DNA of 64,000 nucleotides from Candidatus Babeliaceae bacterium (GTDB lineage Bacteria; Babelota; Babeliae; Babelales; Babelaceae): NCBI GenBank assembly GCA_019744895.1, contig JAIETV010000002.1, positions 6 to 64,005 of the forward strand, read 5' to 3'. Shown piece by piece: positions 57,133 to 64,000 of this stretch (position 1 is its first letter; each line of letters starts with the position of its first letter). The notes under the pieces were generated by a model. It saw only the letters and a program-made list of their open reading frames with translations, ran no database searches and was not told where the DNA came from. The position numbers and the translations under genes were made by a program.

Positions 57133-58520
57133 TTTACCTCTCCTTTTCTTATTCCCGGTACGGCTTGGAGATATTCTGTTGCCTGAACAGGGCCCGAACT
57201 GCCTATGTTATAAAAATATATATCATTGCCCTGAGTTTTGATGCTCGTATCAACAATATTCCAAGCTTCAAGTATTTCTGCAAACGGCACAGATATTGAT
57301 TGAATATCCTGTATAATATTTTCAAAAATTACACGGTATGCTTGTGGCGTATAAGGCCACATACAATGATAACAGAAGCTAAGACCAATAGGCACAATTT
57401 CATCATTAACAGCCGGTTTTTTTATATTGATCGAAAACGTAAATTCACTTTGTGGGGCAATTTTAATAATAAGCTCATTATGAAATATTGGGCAGCCTGG
57501 GGTAAGCCTACACAAAGGTTTTTTAAATACCAATTTTATTTCTGTTTCTTGCTTATCAAGACCTTTACCGGCTTGAATAATAAAAGGCACCTTCTCCCAA
57601 CGGGGCGTATCAATAGCGCAGGTAATAAGGGCGTATGTTGGTGTTGAAGTTTCTTGCTTAACGCCCTTATGCGTTTTATAACCTATATATTGCCCAAAAA
57701 TGGCATGAGTAATTTGTGTTTTTTTTAAAATAGCTATTTTTTCAGCATGTAAGCTCTGGTCCTCTAGTTTTAAAGGAGCTTCCATAGCTACAAGGGAAAG
57801 AAGTTGTAATGCATGACTTTGAATTACGTCGCGCATTACCCCAAGGCTATCATACAAAGCTGCCCGATTTTCAAGGGTAACCATTTCTTTTAAATTTATT
57901 AAAACATATTCTATATGGTTATTATTCCAGAGCGGCTCGAAAATTTCATTAGTAAAACGTAAGTAAGTTACCGTTTCAACCAGCTCTTTTGCTAAATAAT
58001 GGTCTGCACGAATTATTTGATCAGCAGCTAAGATATTGGTTAGAGCCGTATGAAGTTCTTGTGCGCTTGTGGCATCCATGCCGAATGGTTTTTCAAAGAC
58101 TATTTTGTGTGAAGACAATTTTTCGATAATCTTATACTGCACACAATATCTTGCAGCAATAATAAAAAGTTGGGGAGGACATGCACAGTACACAATCCGG
58201 CTGCCTGTTTTATTTGTTTCAACATTTATAATAAGCTTTTCAAGAGCTATATAACTTTTTGGGTCAGTTAGATCGGTAGTAATAAAAAAACTATTTTGTA
58301 AAAAAAGATCCCATTTTTCTTGGTTAAATTGAGCCAAAAAAGGACGCACTTTAGATAAAAGTTCAGCTGAGCTGAAGTTATTTTGTGCTACCCCGATGAG
58401 TGAAAAATTAATAGTGGTCTGCTCAACAAAAAGTTCATAAAGAGCTGGAATCAAATTTTTTACTGCCAGGTCTCCTGTAGCACCTAATATAATTATTGTT
58501 GAATTATGGAGTTGTTGCAT
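57129..58520 (-). CDS. zwf: Glucose-6-phosphate 1-dehydrogenase
   Basis: ILGATGDLAVKNLIPALY, EKPFG, RADHYLAKE. Confidence 0.93.
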   Translation of the reverse strand: MQQLHNSTIIILGATGDLAVKNLIPALYELFVEQTTINFSLIGVAQNNFSSAELLSKVRPFLAQFNQEKWDLFLQNSFFITTDLTDPKSYIALEKLIINVETNKTGSRIVYCACPPQLFIIAARYCVQYKIIEKLSSHKIVFEKPFGMDATSAQELHTALTNILAADQIIRADHYLAKELVETVTYLRFTNEIFEPLWNNNHIEYVLINLKEMVTLENRAALYDSLGVMRDVIQSHALQLLSLVAMEAPLKLEDQSLHAEKIAILKKTQITHAIFGQYIGYKTHKGVKQETSTPTYALITCAIDTPRWEKVPFIIQAGKGLDKQETEIKLVFKKPLCRLTPGCPIFHNELIIKIAPQSEFTFSINIKKPAVNDEIVPIGLSFCYHCMWPYTPQAYRVIFENIIQDIQSISVPFAEILEAWNIVDTSIKTQGNDIYFYNIGSSGPVQATEYLQAVPGIRKGEVK

Positions 58521-58630
58521 AGCCTCACCAAAGTTTTTTGTTTAAGCTTAAGGATAAGTATCAATCGAAAACAATAGATAGTATTTAATAAGTCTACAAA
58601 GTGGGCGCTCATTATGAATGGCAAATACTT

Positions 58631-59536
58631 ATGAAACATGAAACATATAAAAATTATCTGGAAATTCTTATCGTTACCGGCAATTCCGGTGCAGGCAAAA
58701 GTACCGTACTTTCAGCATGCGAAGATTATGGATTTTTCTGTATCGATAATCTTCCGTATGAATTACTCGCTCCTTTTTTTTATGGTATCAATCATGCACG
58801 TATGCAACATAAAAAGATTGCTTTGGGAATAGATGTCAGAAGCGGTTTGAATTTAGATCTTTTTGCACAAGAGCTATTACAGTGGCAACATATCTGCGGC
58901 GATCGTATGCGCATTCTTTTTTTAACCGCCCAAGAAGATACTCTTATGCGTCGCTTTCAAGAGACACGCAGAAAGCATCCTTTAAGCACTAATAAAACAT
59001 TGCGTGAAGCTATTCATGAGGAATATCGCATTCTTGAACCATTGAGAAATATCGCGACTGAAACTATTGAGACAGATACTTTAACCATTGCTCAATTACG
59101 CCTTCTGGTGAAAAATAGTAATCGCGATAGCGAGCAAAAAATAATTGTTACACTTACGTCATTTGGTTTTAAATATGGTACACCGCGTGATTGTAATTTT
59201 TTATATGATCTACGTTCGTTGCCTAATCCTTATTTTGTTCCGCATTTAAAAGAGCTTGATGGCAGATCAGAGAAGATCCAAGAATATCTTTTTGCTCAAC
59301 CCGCCGTTCAAGAATATTGGAAAAAGCTCGAAGATTTTTTTATATTTTCATTAGAACGTTCATACCATGAAGGACGCTTTTTTCTGCACATAGGCTTTGG
59401 TTGCACGGGCGGAAAACATCGATCAGTTGCTTTTGTTGAGCGTTATTCTCGTTTGAATCTTGATCATGTACAGTTTTTTATTCATCATAAAGATATCGCC
59501 ATAACACACGCGCATGAGCGGGAAAGAGATTTATGA
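58631..59536 (+). CDS. rapZ: RNase adapter / nucleotide-binding protein RapZ
   Basis: IVTGNSGAGKSTVLSACEDYGFFCIDNLP and GCTGGKHRSV. ATG at 58631 preferred over the upstream GTG. TGA stop. Confidence 0.9.
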   Translation: MKHETYKNYLEILIVTGNSGAGKSTVLSACEDYGFFCIDNLPYELLAPFFYGINHARMQHKKIALGIDVRSGLNLDLFAQELLQWQHICGDRMRILFLTAQEDTLMRRFQETRRKHPLSTNKTLREAIHEEYRILEPLRNIATETIETDTLTIAQLRLLVKNSNRDSEQKIIVTLTSFGFKYGTPRDCNFLYDLRSLPNPYFVPHLKELDGRSEKIQEYLFAQPAVQEYWKKLEDFFIFSLERSYHEGRFFLHIGFGCTGGKHRSVAFVERYSRLNLDHVQFFIHHKDIAITHAHERERDL

Positions 59537-59820
59537 AAAATTCAGCTTTTAACATATTAATAGGTAGTGCTTTAGGTGCCGAGCTTATCTTTTTTGGATA
59601 CTTTTATTTTTATGGGAGTAATGGTTATAAAAAAATAAAAGAATTGCGCGAGTTACAAGAAAATATTCAAATTTCTGTTGCTGATACCCAAAAGCAAGTA
59701 AAAGAGCTTGAAAAGAAGATATACGATTTTAAAACATATCCTTATTATAAAGAAAAAATAATTCGTGAGCTCTTGCAGATGATGCATGATGATGAAGTTA
59801 TTTATAAAAAACCAAAATAG
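59533..59820 (+). CDS. FtsB/DivIC-like septum formation initiator
   Basis: A single TM, then a coiled coil, with YYKEKIIRELLQMMHDDEVIY resembling the FtsB/DivIC C-terminal motif. Confidence 0.45.
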   Translation: MKNSAFNILIGSALGAELIFFGYFYFYGSNGYKKIKELRELQENIQISVADTQKQVKELEKKIYDFKTYPYYKEKIIRELLQMMHDDEVIYKKPK

Positions 59821-59839
59821 AATATGAAAGGATTATCTT

Positions 59840-60448
59840 ATGTTTAAATTACCCGAATTACCCTATGTTTTTGATGCATTAGAGCCGTATATCGATGCCA
59901 GAACTATGGAGATTCATTACACCGGCCATCATGCAGCTTATGTAAAAAATCTTAATGATACGCTTAAAGATTATCCTGAATTACAAGATAAATCGCTAAC
60001 TGATTTACTTTGCGATCTAAATGCGCTTCCAGAAAAAATAAGAACTTCAGTGCGCAATAATGCAGGAGGTGACTATAACCATACATTCTTTTGGCCTTTA
60101 ATGACTAAAAATGCTGTACTGGGCCCACTGGAAAAAAGTGCACAAGGGATCAACAAAACATTTGGCAGTTTTGAACAGTTTCAAAAGCAGTTTAATGATG
60201 CTGCAAAATCGCGCTTTGGTAGCGGCTGGGCATGGCTTGTAGTTAATAAACAGAGCAACCTTGAAGTTACTTCTACAGCAAATCAAGACTGCCCCATATC
60301 ACAAGGGCAAGAACCGATTTTAGGCTTAGACGTTTGGGAGCATGCCTATTATCTTAAATACCAAAATAAACGTGTTGATTACATCCAAGCATGGTGGCAC
60401 GTTGTTAACTGGCAGCAAGTAGAAGATAATTTTAGAAAAGTTTGCTGA
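59840..60448 (+). CDS. sodA: Superoxide dismutase (Fe/Mn family, Mn-like signature)
   Basis: LPELPYVFDALEPYID..TMEIHYTGHH, NHTFFW, DVWEHAYYLKYQNKRVDY. Confidence 0.93.
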   Translation: MFKLPELPYVFDALEPYIDARTMEIHYTGHHAAYVKNLNDTLKDYPELQDKSLTDLLCDLNALPEKIRTSVRNNAGGDYNHTFFWPLMTKNAVLGPLEKSAQGINKTFGSFEQFQKQFNDAAKSRFGSGWAWLVVNKQSNLEVTSTANQDCPISQGQEPILGLDVWEHAYYLKYQNKRVDYIQAWWHVVNWQQVEDNFRKVC

Positions 60449-60589
60449 TAATAAAAAAATTACACTATTATTATTTTCTACAGCTTGAATTTCTTTAATA
60501 CATCGCAATACTGTGCCTTAGGCAATTGCGGATATATGTGAAAAACATGTTTGAATATATGCTATAGTTAATTTTTATATGTTGTGTAA

Positions 60590-61689
60590 TTAATTAATTT
60601 TCAATAACAGAAAATAATTATAGCTTTTTGCTGGAAAACCCTGTTTATTTTTAAATGTTATTTTTTGTTTGGAAAGATAACGTTCAATCAAATCGTTATA
60701 AGTTTTTATTTCTTCAAGCGCTTGATCAAGTGTTATGCTATGTACGCATTCATAACCTGAGCTATATCCACGCGCTTCAATAATTTCATTTCTATATCGC
60801 TTATAATCATGGTATGTCCTTCTACCCAGATAATATCACCAGCTTGTAGTATGTCTTTAGAAGTAAATTGAGCCAATCCATGTTGAATGCTAGTTGTTGT
60901 CTTCCAAGGAAAGTTTATGCCTACAATCTTGGCCATTCTCATTATAAACTCTGAACAATCGTAACCTGTATATGGATCGTTTTTTCCCTGTCTATGCCAT
61001 ACTCCATCTTTAGTATAAAAACAGCCTTGCTGATATGGCTCTAAAAAACTACTCCCGCCCCATACATATGGAATAACATTATCTGCCTCATTTTGTGATA
61101 TGCGATCTATAAGATCATTAATGGTTTTAACAAATAGTTGTCATGTCAAAAGGGTATCTTGTTGAATCTCTTCAAGAGAATTTTCCCGGGGAACATAGTC
61201 AAATATAATGGTATCTCTTGTGTAGTCAGCCCAAATAATACAATAATGTGAATCTGTATCGTGTTCAGGTACATGCTTAAAGCCTGTTCATAATGAAAAG
61301 TTATTCCACGGGTAAGTAAGAACTATCGTAGGTTCTTGAGCATATTCAGGATGGGGTATAGCATAAAGCATATTTCTCTTTTCAAGCTCTGATAATGGTA
61401 TAATGTCGTTTTTATAAGTCCAAAAAGTGCTTGGTTTATTATCTATTCTATAAATAATATTATCATAATTAACTTTTATATGATCATCTTTCTCTTCTAC
61501 ACATCTTATTAATTCATTAAAAAGACCTTGATGTGCACGAGGGCATCTATGTGTATCGGGTGATGCCGCAGGTTTATCTGGTGAAGGAAAGCTATTATTC
61601 ATTTCTAGTATACGAGTTTTGATAACTCCATATTGACCATTTAATAATATGGGTAATAATATGAGCATATATATGCAGGTAGTTTTCAT
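60590..61689 (-). pseudogene. Disrupted NlpC/P60-family cell-wall peptidase gene (signal peptide + N-terminal domain + NlpC/P60)
   Basis: One reading frame runs from MKTTCIYMLILL through YVWGGSS...GYDCSEF...GDIIWVEGHTMI. It is interrupted by in-frame TGA codons at 61288-61290 and 61141-61143. A frame change near 60790 is needed to reach the open NEIIEARGYSSGYECVH... tail, which ends at 60590. Confidence 0.75.
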
Positions 61690-61700
61690 GCACGTGTTAT

Positions 61701-62621
61701 TTACATGTGTACAATAGTTTGCTGGTTCATCCAACTATTGAACATGTTTTGGAGCATAGAAAACAAGGACATATCATTATTTGATTCGCCCGTTTCGTCA
61801 GGGTATAAAAGTTTCATGAGTATGTTTTTCTGCTCAGCTTTCACCCATTGTATCTCTTGGCTGCTTGGGATATGCGCGCGTTCACGAATTTGTTCTTCAA
61901 CATGTGAAAGCGACCCAATTTGGTCAATAAGTTTTAGATCAAGTGCTTGTTTGCCGGTGAATATGGTCCCATTTGCCCATTTATCAGCATCTTTAATTGC
62001 TAAAGCAGGGCGTGATTTTACCACATCTTCAATAAACTGCTGATAGGTGTCATTACAAAGTTCCTGAAGGAGCTCCTGTTCTTCTTTAATTGCATTGATT
62101 AAAGGGTTAAGAATAGCTTTGTATTTACCGGCTTTAGTAACTTGATATTCTATTTTATAGGTATTAATTAGCTCTTTTAAGCGCGGCAGCGCTATATAAA
62201 CGCCGATGCTGCCGATAAATGATGACCCGTTTGCTACTATCCAATCGCATGGGCATGCAATATAGTAAGCCCCCGATGCGCATATATTTTCTACAAAAAC
62301 CACTACAGGCTTATGAGGATAGTGCTGTTTAAGATAAGTAAGCTCATTAAAAATAGCCTGTGATGTTCCTGCAGCTCCGCCTCCGCAATCAATACGCAAC
62401 AGAATTGCCTTAATAGATTGATCCTTGAAAAATTTTTTAAGATTTTTAACATATTCGCCCGAGTTAGTAAGCATGTGCGTGATCGACATAATGCCAACCT
62501 TGGTGCTCGGCGTAATAAGCGCAGTGTACTGCTTTGTTAAGACCACTATAACTTGAGGTACTACAAGCAAGAAGATAAGTAGATAAAAACTATTTTTTAA
62601 GAAATCTGTTAAACGTGACAT
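61701..62621 (-). CDS. sppA: Signal peptide peptidase SppA (36K type)
   Basis: An N-terminal TM. IDCGGGAAGTSQAIFNEL, ASGAYYIA, GSIGV, FTGKQALDLKLIDQIG. Confidence 0.88.
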   Translation of the reverse strand: MSRLTDFLKNSFYLLIFLLVVPQVIVVLTKQYTALITPSTKVGIMSITHMLTNSGEYVKNLKKFFKDQSIKAILLRIDCGGGAAGTSQAIFNELTYLKQHYPHKPVVVFVENICASGAYYIACPCDWIVANGSSFIGSIGVYIALPRLKELINTYKIEYQVTKAGKYKAILNPLINAIKEEQELLQELCNDTYQQFIEDVVKSRPALAIKDADKWANGTIFTGKQALDLKLIDQIGSLSHVEEQIRERAHIPSSQEIQWVKAEQKNILMKLLYPDETGESNNDMSLFSMLQNMFNSWMNQQTIVHM

Positions 62622-62753
62622 AGGGTACCTTTTATAATAAGTTGCAGATCATGCAAGAAAGTATATACTTTCACTAAATAAGTATATATTTTTTTGACAT
62701 TTTTATCAGAATACTTACACTATAGCATAAGTTGAAATGTACTTACAGTAATA

Positions 62754-62829
62754 GGGCGGTTAGCTCAGCTGGCAGAGCATCAGTCTTACAAACTGGGGGT
62801 CGCAGGTTCGAATCCTGCACCGCCCACCA
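62754..62829 (+). tRNA. tRNA-Val (TAC)
   Basis: Acceptor GGGCGGT/ACCGCCC, anticodon loop CTTACAA, CCA encoded. Confidence 0.9.
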
Positions 62830-62908
62830 TCTTAATGATCCATTGGAGCTACAGATGGTAAATCATCATGCATACTATGCATTACTTACTTGAAATAATA
62901 TAAGGTAT

Positions 62909-62984
62909 TCCTCGGTAGCTCAGTCGGTAGAGCAAACGACTGTTAATCGTTAGGTCGTTGGTTCGAGTCCAACCCGAGGAGCCA
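62909..62984 (+). tRNA. tRNA-Asn (GTT)
   Basis: Acceptor TCCTCGG/CCGAGGA, anticodon loop CTGTTAA, CCA encoded. Confidence 0.9.
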
Positions 62985-63158
62985 TCTTTACGCTTATCCG
63001 CGCTACCAGCTCGGCAAGCTACAGATAGCAGGCTGTTTCTAAGGTGTCATTCTAGACTAGTTCTGAAATATTTACCTTCAGAATGCTTTGTAATTTACGT
63101 TAAAAAACGTTAAAATATATACTACAGTGCGATCTTAGCACTTTTTTTTCCCCATTAC

Positions 63159-63235
63159 GGGGGTGTAGCTCAGTTGGTCAGAGCGTCCGCCTGTCACGCG
63201 GAAGGTCGTGGGTTCGAGCCCCATCACTCCCGCCA
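63159..63235 (+). tRNA. tRNA-Asp (GTC)
   Basis: Acceptor GGGGGTG/CACTCCC (one G:U), anticodon loop CTGTCAC, CCA encoded. Confidence 0.9.
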
Positions 63236-64000
63236 TTCTTGTTGATGCAGGGTGGCGGCTACTATTTTGAACGGCTCTCGCAGCTCTACATCGAGCTTTT
63301 CGTGATCCAGCTTCAAATTCGAAAAAAAGAATCCGAGTAATTGTCGTTTTTCATCTAACTTCGAACTTTCGTATATTTGTGGGATTCTTTGGGCTAGTTT
63401 GAGCACCTCTCTGGCTGTTACAATGTCAGCGGTGCTGTCTTTGCCTAAGGCATTAAGTTCCAGGGAGATGTCCTGTTTTTCCCGCTTATATTCTTCAAGC
63501 TTAACGCGGTAGATCTGGGCATCAATCTTACCGTCTATGTGCATATCAATCAGTTTAGAAATCCGTTCCTGCACGAGCCTATGCCGTTCATTAAGCGTAC
63601 GTAGTGTATGCTGTTCATACTCTACTCGCTGAGACTCAAAGTCCTGTAGATGTTCTACAACCTGATTAATTCGCTCATCGGTCAACTGAACCTGACGTAG
63701 TTTGTCCAGCAGTGTCTTTACCAGTACTTCTTCTTTAACAAATCTTCTGGTGCAAATCCTCTTGGCATTGTGGCATCCATAATACGTGTATTTTTCTTTT
63801 TTGATATCTCCGCAAACAGTTCCTCTGCAATAGGCACAGGTAATAAGACCACGCAATAAGATAGCTTTACCGGCGTATTTTACCGGTGCTTTTTTACGCC
63901 CAGCGATAAGGTCTTGTACATGGTGGAAGAGGCGCTCAGGTACCAGCGTGGGATAGCCATGGGGTGAGAGCTGCTTTTTTACTAACATCATGCCCATATA
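63224..64000 (-). CDS. Large serine recombinase, C-terminal part (5' end lies beyond the window)
   Basis: Recombinase-domain tail, zinc ribbon CAYCRGTVCGD...YYGCHN, and a long coiled coil (typical large serine recombinase/integrase architecture). The ORF is open to the window edge, and its stop lies inside tRNA-Asp. Confidence 0.8.
   Translation of the reverse strand, partial: YMGMMLVKKQLSPHGYPTLVPERLFHHVQDLIAGRKKAPVKYAGKAILLRGLITCAYCRGTVCGDIKKEKYTYYGCHNAKRICTRRFVKEEVLVKTLLDKLRQVQLTDERINQVVEHLQDFESQRVEYEQHTLRTLNERHRLVQERISKLIDMHIDGKIDAQIYRVKLEEYKREKQDISLELNALGKDSTADIVTAREVLKLAQRIPQIYESSKLDEKRQLLGFFFSNLKLDHEKLDVELREPFKIVAATLHQQEWRE
63224..64000. mobile_element. Probable edge of an integrated element (prophage/ICE/island) inserted at the tRNA-Asp 3' end
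   Basis: The recombinase gene abuts and overlaps the tRNA 3' end. Local G+C looks higher than in the flanking chromosome. The extent beyond 64000 is unknown. Confidence 0.5.

Noticed and set aside
60590-61734. Idea that the in-frame TGA codons reflect a reassigned genetic code (TGA = Trp/Gly) or selenocysteine.
   Set aside because: TGA clearly terminates well-conserved genes in this window: gyrB at its canonical C-terminus, rapZ, and sufU via the ATGCTTGA overlap. TGG is used for Trp throughout. The same locus also needs a frameshift, and no SECIS-like hairpin was obvious. A pseudogene is the simpler reading.

Overview
AT-rich bacterial chromosomal window (roughly mid-30s % G+C by eye). It holds about 70 protein genes, 10 tRNA genes (all with an encoded CCA end), the last ~950 nt of a 23S rRNA and two identical 5S rRNA genes.

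Core content:
- tRNA-Tyr/Gly/Thr/Thr - rpmG - tRNA-Trp - secE - nusG - rplKAJL - rpoBC
- tRNA-Val - rpsO - pnp - rph
- brnQ - murA
- a cdaA-like - cdaR-like - glmM - DUF502 operon
- dnaJ, gyrB - tilS, tadA - dksA, rpsI - glmS, zwf - gnd, rapZ - ftsB-like, sodA, sppA

The housekeeping genes are interspersed with many orphan ORFs that start with signal-peptide-like sequences. There is also a same-strand array (about 31.0-37.9 kb) of four HAD-like paralogs, two helical-repeat paralogs and a membrane coiled-coil protein. This looks like a lineage-specific exported or effector gene family.

Gene content and style suggest a host-associated, possibly intracellular, reduced-genome lineage. Dependentiae/TM6-like is my guess only and cannot be verified here.

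Most unusual observations:
1. A signal-peptide-bearing S-adenosylmethionine decarboxylase gene sits between two identical 5S rRNA copies.
2. RpoB carries a ~60-aa, nine-cysteine (double zinc-ribbon-like) insertion in its N-terminal part.
3. A cdaA homolog keeps the cdaA-cdaR-glmM synteny but lacks recognisable DGA/RHR catalytic motifs.
4. sufU is translationally coupled to a NurA-like nuclease gene.
5. An NlpC/P60 gene is broken by two in-frame TGA codons plus a frameshift.
6. A large-serine-recombinase gene has a 3' end that overlaps tRNA-Asp at the window edge, the likely border of an integrated element.

No CRISPR array, riboswitch or recognisable known defence system was seen. All calls come from reading the sequence and the ORF translations; no database search was run.
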